A stretch of DNA of 64,000 nucleotides from Octopus vulgaris (lineage: Eukaryota). The DNA lies in NCBI GenBank assembly GCA_951406725.2, contig OX597820.1, forward strand, positions 95,294,001 to 95,358,000, read 5' to 3'. The notes under the pieces are model-generated. The model was not told the origin of the DNA, did no database searches, and was given only the letters and a program-made list of their open reading frames with translations. Positions 13,774 to 27,007 of this stretch are shown here, in pieces; positions within the stretch are counted from its first letter, which is position 1; each line of letters opens with the position of its first letter. A program made the translations under genes and the position numbers.

Positions 13774-13818
<45 letters not shown>

Positions 13819-14045
13819 TAATAGTTTTGTATTTGGATATACACCTTGTAATATGCTGTTTAAAGCCCATTCCCGGTATTTGGCTACCTGATGTCATCAA
13901 TAGTATGGAGGTATATGCCACTGGATTTATATCAGGAATTCCTTTGAGTCTGTAGAGTTTATAAAATATGAGAGAAAGAAAATATGTTGATCTCTGGTTG
14001 TTCTTGGTACTGTTCTTTCATTTCGTCTTTATTTTTCTATTTCAG

Positions 14046-14207
14046 TATGAATTCAATGTGTCCTTTCTTGAGATTTACAATGAAACCATTCATGATTTAC
14101 TGAGTGACAAAGATGAGGAGAAGCACGATATCAAAATGGCTGCTGACAAATCAAGTATAATAACTGTTAGCAATCTGACTATTGTTCCAGTAACATCTCG
14201 AGCCCAG
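14046..14207 (+). CDS. KIFC1: Kinesin-14 exon
   Basis: ttcag acceptor and gtaaaa donor. YEFNVSFLEIYNETIHDLL...VTSRAQ, 162 nt. Confidence 0.95.
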
Positions 14208-14997
14208 GTAAAATACTGCTGCTTAAACTACAGTAATATAGATATAGTCGTAGGTGTTTTTTTAAGAAGCTTGTTAGCTTGTTTTGCAACCTTGTGGTTT
14301 CGGGTTCACTGCCACTGGGTGATGCCGTGTTTAAGTTTCTTCTATCATAAGTCTTGAGCCCACCAAATCCTTGAGAGAGGAATTGGTAGGTGGAAGCTGA
14401 AAAAAAGCCCATTGTGTGTGCTAGTGTGTGTGTGTGTGTGTGCATATCTTGATATGTGTATGTGTAAGCTTGGGTGTGTATGTGTATATATGTGTGTGTT
14501 TGTCTGCCTGCCTGGGCATGCTTGTGTGTGTTTATGTGTCTGCTTGGGTGTGTGTGTGTGTGTGTATATGTATATGTTTGTATGTGTGTGTCTACTTGGA
14601 TGTGTATGTGTGTATGTCTGCTTGGATGTATATGTATGTATATATATGCATGTGTGTCTGCATGCCTGGGTATACTTGTGTGTGTGTATTATAAATGTAT
14701 GTCTGCATGTCTCCTTATCTTCAGATCATGTGCTAGTTGTAAACAAATGTTGCCATTATACAAGCAGTGTTGTTTGTTTGCAGTGTTTCATGAAATTACT
14801 TTTGGCCATTGTGCTGTTTGAGTGATTTCTACAAGAAATATTGCCTTACTTGTGAACATGAGAGGTATGATAACAGGAAGAGCAAGCTGGTCGTAGAAAA
14901 TATGCCTTAATGAAGTGTATGAAGTTTTAACCCTTTGCATTGTTATATTTCTGTTGAAATATACTACTTTTATTTCCATAAATTTCAAGAATATTAA

Positions 14998-15219
14998 CCC
15001 TTTCGTTACCAACCTGGCTGAAACTGGCTCTGACTCTGTAGTACAAATGCCTTGCTTTCATAAGGTTTTAATTAAAATCTTCCACCAAACCTTAGTCACA
15101 ATTTATGTTCCTAACACTAGCTGAATGATAACTAAGTTATTTTACTAAATTCTTTGTTATATTTAAAGTAATTGAAAGAAACACAGAGCATCTCAAAATA
15201 AATACAGTAATGAAAAGGA
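14998..15219. mobile_element. piggyBac-like MITE with TTAA TSD, nested in an older related MITE
   Basis: TTAA|CCCTTTCGTTAC ... GTAATGAAAAGGA|TTAA. Confidence 0.7.
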
Positions 15220-15615
15220 TTAAAGAATTTATTTGGAGCATAAATTAACATGGAATTTTAATGGAATTATAATACTTTAAATGCAATGTTATTACCATTT
15301 CAGATATGCATGTGGAACATTTGGATTCATAAATAAACCATTCGTTGTATTCCGTCATGGAGAAACACATGATAAAACACAGAGAATGACTTATTTACAA
15401 GTCCAAACATACCACATGCATATTTGAGCTGGTAATAACATTACGTTTATAAACTTCACTGCTTAGCACTCCCCCTCCATTATACTTTAAATCACTTTAA
15501 AATGGGAAGTTTGTATTATAGTACAAAGGCCGGTTTCAGATATGTTGGTATCAAAAGAGTGAAGAGTCTTTTTGCTTTATGATATTTAAAGTTGTTCGTT
15601 GAATTTTCTTTGCAG

Positions 15616-15754
15616 ATTCATAGGCTGTTGTTGAAGGCCTCTAAGAAACGTGCTGTTGGTGAAACCAAACTCAATGAGCGCTCATCTCGTAGCCACAGTG
15701 TGTTCACACTTGCTCTCAAAGGGAATAATGATCTAACTGGAGAGAGCTGCAATG
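15616..15754 (+). CDS. KIFC1: Kinesin-14 exon with switch I
   Basis: tgcag acceptor and gttggt donor. IHRLLLKASKKRAVGETKLNERSSRSHSVFTL...ESCN plus 1 nt; the phase 1 end matches the next exon. Confidence 0.95.
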
Positions 15755-15939
15755 GTTGGTAATAGTTTTAGAGATTTAGGATGATTGTCTCTTTGATATT
15801 TGTGTTATTTTTTAGTCCTGTAGCTATTTTTTCTTTGTCTGCATGAGTGGCTGTGTGGTTAAGAAGTTTGCTGCTCAACCCACATGGGCTGACCAAAGCC
15901 TTGTGAGTGCATTTGGTAGATGGAAACTGAAAGAATTCC

Positions 15940-15975
<36 letters not shown>

Positions 15976-15993
15976 TATATATATATATAGTTA

Positions 15994-16033
<40 letters not shown>

Positions 16034-17560
16034 ATAAATGTAAAAACCAATTTCTGTGTCAGTGTGTCACACTTAGACCCCTTCTCTTACTATTCAATGA
16101 CACTCCTTCTATTCCTCATGATGGGGTGGGAGTAATAGTAGGTAGGCATAGAGAATGTGAGGGCGGTGGTGAAGACAGAGAGAGAGAGAAAGAGAGAGAC
16201 AAAGAAATTTAGGGAGAGTTGATGTTTTATTGAAACATTTCGCCCAGCATGCTAAGGATTCTGCCAGCTCGTCACTGTAATATAATATAATAATATAATA
16301 CAATAAATGTGAATGTCAGTGTGTTAAACTTTTTCAACTTTACTTCTAGAGGCCGTAGCCCAACATGTCATACCATTTTGGAATCATGCTGACTCTGTGA
16401 GTCAATTGAAAACATTCTGGTTCAAATTTGGACCCACAATCCTGAAATTTTGGTTTCCTAAGTTTTCAATACTGTGATTGTTTTTGGCAATTTTTTTTTC
16501 TTTTTCTACATGACTTTTTGTTACATTTTTATGTACGATAGCAATTTTTATAATCTAAAGGCTAACTTCATAGTAAGCTAAAAACATTCTGGGCTGAATC
16601 TGGACCTGCAATCCTGAAATTTTGAATTCTTAGGTTTCATTACTGTGATTTGTTTCATCAAATTTTTTTTTTTTTTACATGATTTTTTGCTATGAATATG
16701 ATCATCATTCTTTATGTTCTGATTTGAAATTCCTATAAGGTCAACTTTAAACTTAGCCTTCATCCTTTTGGAGTTAACAAAATAAAATACCTGCCAAGAA
16801 CTAGGGTCAATGTAATTGACTTCTTTCCTTGAAAATTACTGGTCTAATGCTAAAATTAGAAAGAATTATTATAAATACTGTCAGTATTTATGCACAAATG
16901 AGGCTGTTACAGTAATAGAAATGAGATAAGAGAAGTAGTTGTGTGTTTGGGAGCTTGTGATTGCAGAGTGAGTTTGAATATGTTAAATGAGGGATTCAAT
17001 AATCACTTGGGGTTTCCTTGAATTTACTCTTTGCTTTGGCTTTCAAATGTTTGTATATAATGATATATAATGAAATTATTGTATACAGTGCTCAGGTGCA
17101 CCTGAGTTGTGTGTTTAGTTGTTGCACTGTACAACAGATGTGAGCACTACTCCAGCCTAGGCAGATCTGATTTTAAGAGCCTTTTAGGAGGGGAAGGTCA
17201 GCAACTGACATTGGCTCTATAACAGTTTCTCAACCATTTTTACCTATGGACCCCTTTGATTGTTATTTTACTCGGGTGGACCCTCTTAGCTATTCATTGT
17301 TTTAAAAATCCTATTATATTTTTACAATTAAATATTATTAAAAATTGTATTAAAATTTAAAAAAAATATTTTGTGTGTTGTTGAAGTATAACTAATTTAT
17401 TGAACATAAATTTTAACAACAAAATTTTACATGAACCCTTTGTTATGCAGAAACTTTGCTCCAACCATTTTTTTCTCCATATATTTTGTTTATTCTATCT
17501 ATTAAAAAAAAAAAAATAGTTGAAATTAATGTGAAATGTTTCCATTCTGTTTTTTTATAG

Positions 17561-17700
17561 GCTCCTTGAATCTTGTTGATTTGGCTGGCAGTGAACGACT
17601 CAAGGACTCTGGTAGTGAGGGCAAAAGACTTAAAGAGACTCAGTGCATTAACAAGAGTCTCTCAACTCTCAGCACTGTATTCACTTCTCTTGCTAACAAG
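17561..17700 (+). CDS. KIFC1: Kinesin-14 exon with switch II
   Basis: tatag acceptor and gtaagt donor. (G)[46 protein letters not shown]. Confidence 0.96.
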
Positions 17701-18613
17701 GTAAGTTCACTCATTAGCCTTTTCATTACCAAGTACATATGTGGCTGTGTGGTTCTGGCTTCAGTCCCACTACATGGCACCTTGGGCAAGTGTGTTCTAC
17801 TATAATCCTGGGCTGATCAAAGTTTTGTGAGTGGATTTGGTTGACAGAAATTGAAAGAAGTTCTTTGTGTGTGTGTATAATGTGTGCCCTTTCCTCGGCT
17901 CACATTGTGGTTGTAAATGAGCATCCTCATCACATAAATGTTGTTTGTTCCTAGTCTCTCATGAAAAGTTAAATGAAGCAGCATTGAATATAATATATAC
18001 ATTTGTGTAAAGTCATATTTTATACTTTTGTGTAGACTTGGACTTAAGAAAACCTTTTGCTGCAGAAATATCAGACGGGTGGATATGAAAAGGAGCACAG
18101 GCATAACTAGGAAGTACGTGGTTACTTCTCAACCACATACTTCCTGGTTCAGTCTCATTGTATGGCACCTTGGGCAAGTGTCTTCTATTATAGTCTTGGG
18201 CCAACCAAAGACTTGTGAGTGGATTTGGTAGATGGAAACTGAATGAAGCCCGTCATATATCTCATGCCAGCATGCAAAACGAACATTAAAAGATGATGAT
18301 ATGTGTGTGTATGTGTGTATTTGTATTTGATCCCCACAACTACTTGAAAACCAGTGGTGGTTTGTTTATGTCCCCATGACTTAGAGGTTTGGCATAAGAG
18401 GCTGTCAGAATAAGTACTAGGCTTAAAAAGGAAAAAATATATAAGTACTAGGGTTGATTCATTGGGCTAGAATTCTTCAAAGTGGTGCTCCAGCATGGCC
18501 ACAATCTAATGAATGAAACCAGTAAAAGATAAAAGATACCCCTTTTCCTTTTGCTTTTCTTGTCTGTCATGTCTTTGCATCAGTCTAATCTGTCATATTT
18601 TGTGTCTTGTTAG

Positions 18614-18763
18614 GATAACCATATTCCTTATAGGAACAGCAAGCTCACTTATTTGCTACAGAACTCTCTTGGTGGAAACAGCAAAACTCTTATGTTTGTG
18701 AATGTCTCACCCAAAGAAGACAACTATCAGGAAACCTTGAATTCTCTTCGCTTTGCAACAGTG
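18614..18763 (+). CDS. KIFC1: Kinesin-14 exon
   Basis: gttag acceptor and gtaagt donor. [50 protein letters not shown]. Confidence 0.96.
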
Positions 18764-20854
18764 GTAAGTAAACAACATAATCATGTTGGGTGGTTTTTAT
18801 CTGGAATTAGTATTTTCTCTTGTAAGAGAAAACCGTACACTTTAACAATTTAAAATCTGACCCTTTAGCATTCAGATTTCCTTGTCAAATGTATTGCCTA
18901 TTTATTCACTTTGTTTTGAATTAATCACACATTATTTTGTAGCTTCATGATTTCAATGGTATGTTTGTATATTTTTAGAATGACATTGTAGGGTTAGTTT
19001 AAAAAAAAAAAAAAGCTGGTAGAATATTTGGGTTGGATACATCATCATCATCATCATCGTTTAGTGTCTGCTTTCCATACTAGCATGGGTTGGACGGTTC
19101 AACTGGGGTCTGGGAAGCCAGAAGGCTGCACCAGGCCCAGTCTGATCTGGCAATGTTTCTATGGCTGGATGCCCTTCCTAACACCAACTACTCAGTGAGT
19201 GTAGTGGTGCTTTTTACGTGCCAGGCGAGGCTGGCAAGCGGCCAAGATCGGATGGTGCTTTTTACGTGCCACCGGCACAGAGGCCAGTCGGGGCGGCGTT
19301 GGCAACGGCCATGTTCGGATGGTTCTCTTATGTGCCACCGGCACTGGTATCATAGCTACAATTTCCATTGATGTTGATCAATTTCGATAATTTTTTTTTT
19401 TTTTTGGGGATTAAATGCTAAGGGTTAAACCAGCCATATCCAAGCCTAAGATTTCATCTGTTTTATGTTCAAACTGACCAGATCTATTCTCTCACGTATT
19501 CTTTAATGTTGTTTAAAAATAAGCTATCATACCATGAAAATATTGAAGCATGATTAAATTCATAACGATGTTAGTAAATGTGCATTACATTGGACATAGT
19601 AATCTGCTTGCTAAAGGGTTAATATAACTTTTCTGACTCCTACTAATATCTTTAAACAATTTACACTAAACTTCATATTTAGTATATATTTTATAAGTAC
19701 TCTCTCTCACATACATACACACACTCACACAAAATTACATAACAGTAATGGAAGAAGCTTTCTAGAGTCAAATGGCAGTCAATTTCCCTCAAGTCAGCTT
19801 TAAAAAAAAAACAAAAGGCATGCTTGAACAGTTTAGTTCTAGACATGCAAAATAAACTGCATGGTTGTTGAGGCTGAATTTTCTTTAATCATACGTTTGC
19901 TTTACAATAACTAATATCAATATATGTGAAGTGTATGGCTGTGTGGTTAAGAAGTTTGCTTTCCAACCAAATGGTTTCAAGTTCAATCCCACTGGTCTTC
20001 AAGTATCTTCTATTATATAGCCCTGGGTCAACCAGAGCATTGCTGATTAGGCAGACGGAAACTGGAAAAGGCTCAGTGTGTGTATATGAATGAGTGTGTA
20101 TACATTTGCATCCACACACAGATGCATGAATATATACACAGTGACATGGTTCTGTGATTAAGAAATTTGTACCTCAACCACTGAGTTTCCGCTTCAGTTA
20201 CTCTGTGGCACCTTGAGCAAGTAATTTTCAACATAAGCTTGATCCTTGTGGAAAGATTTGTCAGTTTAAAAATGAAAGCTCATTGTGTATAAATGTTTGC
20301 GTGTATACATATATATATATCATCATGATCATCATCATTTAACGTCCGCTTTCCGTGCTAGCATGGGTTGGACGGTTTGACTGAGGGCTTGCGAACCAGA
20401 TGGCTGCACCAGGCTCCAGTCTTGATCTGGCAGAGTTTCTACAGCTGGATGCCCTTACTAATGCCAACCACTCCAAGAGTGTAGTGAGTGCTTTTACGTG
20501 CCACTGGCACGGGGGCCAGTCAGGCGGTACTGGCAACGACCTCACTCGAATCTTTTTACACATGCCAGCAGCACAGGTGCCAGTAAGGCGATGCTGGTGA
20601 CGATCCTGCTCGAATGGTGCCTCCTGCATGCCACCGGCACGGAAGCCAGTTAGCTGCTCTGGCAATGATCACGCTCGATTGGTGCTCTTTGCACCCTATT
20701 AGCACGGGGCACAAGTGCCAGTAAGGCGAAGCTGATAACGATCACACTCGAATGGTGCCTTTTATATTCCACTGGCACGGAAGCCGGTTAGCCGCTCTGT
20801 CAACAATCATGCTCGTATGGTGCTCATGCCCGTCATCGAATTTCATTTTGATTT

Positions 20855-20898
<44 letters not shown>

Positions 20899-22837
20899 AG
20901 CACTCCGTTGGTTACGACAACAAGGGTCCCAGCTGATATGATCAACGGAACAGCTTGCTCGTGAAATTAACGTGCTAGTGGCTGGGCATTCCACAGACAC
21001 GTATACCCTTAACGTAGTTCGCAAGGAGATTCAGCGTCACACAGAATGTGACAAGGCTGACCCTTTTTGAAATACAGGTACTATTCATTTTTGCCAGCTG
21101 AGTGGAGCAACGTGAAATAAAGTGTCTTGCTCAAGGACTCAATCCATCGCTGGGAATCGAACTCACAACCTTACGATCATGAGCCGAATTTAGTCTTACT
21201 CATGTAGGTGTGAAAAAAGTGGATGTTAAAACAATGTTGACGTTGCTCTGTCACTGTCTGAAGTGGAAAGTTTGTCTAAGGGGAGATAATTCTGGATAGA
21301 AATTTGAACCCTTTTAACCTTCAGATTACTTTACCAGGTTTAATGCTTATTTATTTACATTGTTTTGAATTAATCATAGCTTATATCATTGAAATCTTGA
21401 GATTCCAAAGGTGTGGAGTGCCGGTGGCACATAAGAGAACCATCCGAACGTGGCCATTGCCAGTGCCGCCCCGACTACCTCCGTGCCAGTGGCACGTAAA
21501 AAGCACCATCCGATTGTGGTCATTGCCAGCCTCGCCTGGCCTCCGTGCCGGTGGTACGTAAAATGCACCATCTGATTGTGGCTGTTGCCAGCCTCCCCTG
21601 GCCTCCGTGCCGGTGGCACATAAAAAGCACCATTCGATCGTGGCTGTTTGCCAGCCTCGTCTGGCACCTGTGCCGGTGGCACATAAAAAGCACCCACTAC
21701 ACTCATGGAGTGGTTGGCGTTAGGAAGGGCATCCAGCCGTAGAAACATTGCCAGATCAGACTGGGCCTGGTGCAGCCTTCTGGCTTCCCAGACCCCAGTT
21801 GAACTGTCCAACCCATGCCAGCATGGAAAGCGGACGCTAAACGATGATAAACGATGAATGATATTGAACGGTAGATATGATCTGGTTAGTTTGAACACAA
21901 AACAGGTGGCATATTTGATCTGGTTATGGATAATACTAACAAGTTAAATAGTGTGTAGTGGGTTATGTGAAGCACACCTTGAAATATTTTATAAGAATTT
22001 TGGGTTTGGAATCTAGTTGTGTTAAATTCATCCTTAATTTTTGTGGATAAAATTCGAAAATTCCTGTTTCCTCTTCTTGCATTATTGTAATTCATACTTC
22101 TTTGTGAACATTTCAATTTTATGAATGCTTCAATTTTATCCAATTCTGAAAAATGTTTTAGCAGTGATTTCAGAAAGAAAAAATATTTACCATGTAAAAA
22201 TAATTTTCTCTTGATTATGGTATTTTATCATGCATTATGACAGTTTTAGGAAAATGTATTGAAAGTAAGAAACAGTGACATAAAATAGGAAAATAAAAGA
22301 GCAGTTATAAAATATAAATGCATAAACAAATGGGAAATCAAAATCTTAAAGGCAAAAAATATTTAGTATATTTTTGGTTTGTTGTGTGGCTGAAAGCAAT
22401 CTATTGACGTTTCTCTGGTATGTGCTAAAGCCAGTAATTGCTTTAAATTGCATAACATATTTAAGTAATTTTTGCAGGTTATTTACAATGTGTTACAGAA
22501 TGTTTACACTGGTTGGAAAGCCTATTTTGCCTTCCTCTCTACCTTTTTGCATATTGATGTGAAATTTCCAAGAAACTGTAAATCAATTTCATAAAAAATT
22601 CCAGTTGCTTTTGTTTACACTTCCCGTGTTTTTTTTCTTCTTTTCTTGACGAAAAAATTTTTTAATATATGCATTAACAATTTATAAATTGTTAATGCAA
22701 CCCTTGTATAACTGACATAAATCATTTGTAAAAAAAAGAATGTTTATCGCTACCATTTTCTGCGTAGATGTTAACTATATCATCAAAGTCAGGGAGCCTT
22801 TTTTTAAAATGAGCATGTCACAAATGCATAACCCTGC

Positions 22838-23216
22838 CGTTTTTTCTAGCGGTGTCATATGAAATTGTCACCCATAATTATGACCCCTAGAATCGATCTA
22901 TTGCATTTCAATCTCTTTTAGATTTAGGGTTAGTTAGGGTTAAGGGTGGGGGAAGGGTATCTTTTCTTCACAAATGTAAATAAACCCAATGTGTTTCTTA
23001 AACGAGGGACATATTCATACGGCGCAGAATGCTTTTTAACTCAATAGACGCCATTGAAGAAATTGCAGACCAAATATCTTACAAACTATAGAATTTTCTC
23101 AATAAAGCCAAGAGAAAAAGATGTTTTATAAACGCATTCTACCAGTATACGAAGTTTAAAATTTTTTAGTTACCTAGAAATTATGTTAAAAACTGCCGTT
23201 CAAACCGAAAAGATCC
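22838..23216. mobile_element. Left-truncated copy of the 39133-39543 MITE
   Basis: Same internal sequence and right TIR AAAACTGCCGTTCAAACCGAAAAGATCC. Confidence 0.8.
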
Positions 23217-25021
23217 CTGGTCTGTTTGAACATTCAACAAGGTAGAACATTTGGGCTGGATATGGCTGATTTAAATGGTTAGGGGTTAAGATGCACATTC
23301 TACAAACATGAAAATAATTACTGAAAACCAAACCACAGAAACATATAAACACTCATTTTTATACTGGAAACTCACTAGTTTCCCATCTAATTCCAGTATT
23401 GTACTTTGGTGTACCAGTCTTTCTTTGTTTGCAGTACTTTGTGTTCACTTTCAGTATATAAAATGTGAACATCACTTCCTGTTTTGCCTTCAGCTTCAAA
23501 ACTTCTATACTCATCCACTGATTTTCAGAATTCATTTGATAAAATTCCTGTTGTTACTCATTAGGAAATTCTAATTCCTACTGTAATTCTTTAACACTAT
23601 AGCATTCAGATTACTTTGTCAAATGTTATGCTTCTTTATTCACATTGTTTTGAATTAATTATGTAGCTTTGAGATTTCAACAATGTAATTGTATATTTTT
23701 AGAATGGCATTGTAGGGTAGGTATGAGATACTAGATCTGGCCAATTTGAATATGAATATGTTAAAGAGTACTGGCTGAGGAGCTCAGATCCAGCGGTGGC
23801 TTATATCCATTTGGCCAGGACTGACTACTCAACCTAAATAATACTGAATGTAAAGAGCTGTGAGAAATACTGTATAGCATTTTGTTCAATGTTCTAATGA
23901 GTCTACTATATCTCCAGAGTAAATTTTGTAATTCCATATTGTCATATTCTAAATCTTTGCATATCCACTCTCTTCAGACTGCCACTTGTTTCTAGAATAA
24001 AAAATCCATCATTATCATCGTAATTTAAATGTACATGTTCTATGCTGGCATGGATTGGATGGTTTGACCAGATCTGATGGGTCCAAGATCTGTATCATGC
24101 TCCAGTGTCTGCTTCGACATGGTTTCTCTGGTTGGAGGTCCTATTCAGCACTAACCACTTTACAGAATGTACTGGGTGCTTTTTTTTTTCATACTGCTAG
24201 CACTAGTGAGGTTGCCATGCTGCTTGCAAGTCTACAACCCCAAGAGAATGGCTAAGAGATGATGGATTAAAATACATGTAGAGAGACCAGAGTAGAACCG
24301 GCTTCTTGCTAGAGTTGTTACATGACTTTGCATACTGATTATAATAAAGAAAGCATCACTTCATAGTTACTGTATCATTTGTTTGGTTTTATATGAAAGC
24401 ATGTTTGGGTTGTTCATTGTTTGATGAAGTGGGGGTAATTGTTACCTTATTTGGAAACAGTTGAGGATTGGCTACAGAACGGGTATCCTGCCTCAACAGA
24501 GTCTCATCTGACCCATGTAAGCATTGAAAAGTAGACATAAAAAAATGACAAATATGATGATCTATTGCACATATCAGCTCCTTTGTTTTGATATTCCTGT
24601 TGAAAACACTCTTGCAATTAATTTTTTAAATAATCAAAAATTTAGTTAAATAATTTTTATTATTTAGCTGGTCTTTGGCACACAAAGTAACATCAAATTT
24701 TGATGGAAAATTTTAATTTAGATCACTTTAGAAAAGAAGTTTCTGTCAAAGAATTGGGGTATTCTTTGGTAGGCTGATATGAAAAGTCCATTTTAGTTAT
24801 TCTACTTTTTAGATGTAGGAGTACAGCTATTTTTCTATTTTTTTTTTTGTTTTACAAAAATTGAAGCATTTGTAGGTGTTTCATTAGAAATCTCCATCTC
24901 CTTTGAGTACAAGGAGTTAGGCAGCATAATCTGTTTTTCACATCACAGAAAAAAAAAATCCTTTATCAAAAATGTAAATCTAAATGAAATACTGAATCTT
25001 TTTGTTTTATTTTTTTTTCAG

Positions 25022-25066
25022 GTAAATAATTGCAACATTGGCACTGCTCAGAAGAAAGTGAAATAG
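25022..25066 (+). CDS. KIFC1: Kinesin-14 terminal coding exon
   Basis: Strong polypyrimidine tract plus cag. VNNCNIGTAQKKVK* ends the protein directly after the motor domain, which gives C-terminal motor (kinesin-14) architecture. Confidence 0.9.
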   Translation, partial: VNNCNIGTAQKKVK

Positions 25067-25211
25067 AAGAATTTTTATTTTGTTAGGACTATTGTGTGTG
25101 TATGTATGTGTAGGTGTGTGTGTGAGTGCATGTGTAATGAATTGCATGCAAATTTCTTATTTCTCGCTTTTCTAAATCTATAAATATCCTATTTTTAGGC
25201 AGTCTGCAAGA

Positions 25212-25425
25212 AATAAACACTACAACAATGGTTTTAAGAATTCATTGTCATTTAGTCATCATCTGTCTGTATTGTTAAAGACCTGTTTGTCATCATTTAC
25301 TTCTTAACAGTGACTTTATTTACTTGTGAAATGAAATTCATCTCACATCCTCACCTCTGTACCATAGCACAACCCTAAATATCTTATGTATGTATTCAGG
25401 AAATATATCTTTTTTGTTAAATAAA
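25212..25425 (+). promoter_or_regulatory. Candidate polyadenylation signals of the kinesin 3' UTR
   Basis: AATAAA at 25212-17 and 25420-25. The second is followed by GT/T-rich sequence. Confidence 0.45.
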
Positions 25426-26570
25426 CGTTGTTACTGTAATTTTGATTGTAACAAAATTATGTGTAGTAATGGCACCTGTGAATATTTCACAGAATTAATG
25501 ATAAACTTATTGGGTTATTTCTGAAAACTTTATCCAAAAAACCTGGAAGTGTAGCCTGTGTTGTGTCTGTACCAAAAGATTGTCACTCATCTGCTAATCA
25601 TTGAAAAGTGAAGAAAATTGGAATAGGATGATTACTTAATGCACTTTATATACTTTTTGCACAATTTTATAGACTTAACACACAACACTCTCACTCTTTG
25701 CATTACCCTCTTTTTCTCTCTCCTTTTCCTTTCACTCTTTGTCTTTCCCTTTAACTAATCATTCGAAAGTGTTAAAGATGGGCTAAGTAACGGAGGAAAA
25801 AAACTTGGTTAAAAAAGATTTCACATTTCACTTGCCACCACCTCTCCTTCTCCCCTCCCGTTCCTCCCCTCGTGGAAGTGTTACGGATGGGCTAAGTAAA
25901 GGAGTGACAAGTAGAATTATAAGATGTTGATTCATTTCTAACTTTCTCTTTAATGTGAATGGCCATAAAGCTCCCCTACAACTCGAAATGTGGAGTAGAT
26001 AAAGTAGTGGACAACTGATGAAGGGATTGTTCTTTATGTTGCCTGTTTCGTTTTTCTATTTGATTCTTTCGTTTTTCATGTTGTTTACGCTTTTTGACAT
26101 CCTGTACGCATATATGCATGTGTATATACATATATATCTAAGTATGTACATGTATGTATGTATCATCATCATCATCATCGTTTAACGTCCGCCTTCCATG
26201 CTAGCATGGGTTGGCCGATTTTGACTGAAGGCTGGTGAGCCAGATGGCTGCACCAGGCTCCAATCTTGATCTGGCAAGATTGGAGCCTGGTGTATGTATA
26301 TATATATGCACACACACACACACACACACATATATATGTAAAGTGTGTGGAGTCCGAATTCTTGTTTTAGGGTTGATATATATATGTATATTTCCTAATT
26401 GGGAGATACTTTTGACTTTATGGGTTCGAATATCAAAGAGTATTAACAAAATGATAAATGATCCAGGTTTAGTAACTTTCAAAACTGTCAGTTATAACCT
26501 GCGAAACAACACACATATGACTTCCCAGAAACTGACTGTATGTATGTATGTATGTATGTATGTATGTATG

Positions 26571-26612
<42 letters not shown>

Positions 26613-27007
26613 AATGTGTATATATGTATATATATGTGTATATATATATGTGTGTGTGTGTGTATATATATATATGTATGTATATATCTATCTATCTACC
26701 TATTATATATGGTTTTATTATTTTTGCAATTTACTTAATCTTTAGATTTTATTGTTATTTTAATTTTAACTTTTCTATTATATGTAATTTTCTAGATGGT
26801 GTAATTTAATTGTTCATTTTGAAGTGATAAAAGGTGGTTTTTTTTCTAATTTTTTATATATATATTATATTGTGTGAAATTTGATTTAGTATTTCTAAAT
26901 TGAATTTTTTTCCTTGTAAGTTTGGATTTTATTCCCTCAAATAATAATTATATGTTTATATATTTGTTGTGCAAGATTTTTTATGTGAAGTCATGTGTTG
27001 AAACGGA

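Larger units (their letters stand above)
7428..13775 (+). mobile_element. Decayed Penelope-like element (RT C-terminus plus GIY-YIG) with inverted pseudo-LTR, interrupted by nested insertions
   Basis: Remnant frames INFLSNHPRSIKNALVSNIGKRL (~7930) and CDCK..C...C...VLY...YYIGSTK...LSKFIWDLK...CELC...CIH (9300-9730). 7428-7705 is an inverted copy of 13387-13656. Confidence 0.75.

Noticed and set aside
21417-21700. CRISPR-like repeat-spacer pattern (also 20480-20830 and 31814-32022)
   Set aside because: The spacers are homologous to each other, the context is a eukaryotic RTE 3' UTR, and there are no cas genes.
25020-25027. AG|GTAAAT resembling a recursive splice site
   Set aside because: GTA AAT encodes Val-Asn of the expected kinesin-14 C-terminus, and no downstream acceptor is implicated.
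26010-26050. CTGATGA core (a similar CTGACGA lies at ~36089)
   Set aside because: No stem II plus GAAA partner or stem I was found.
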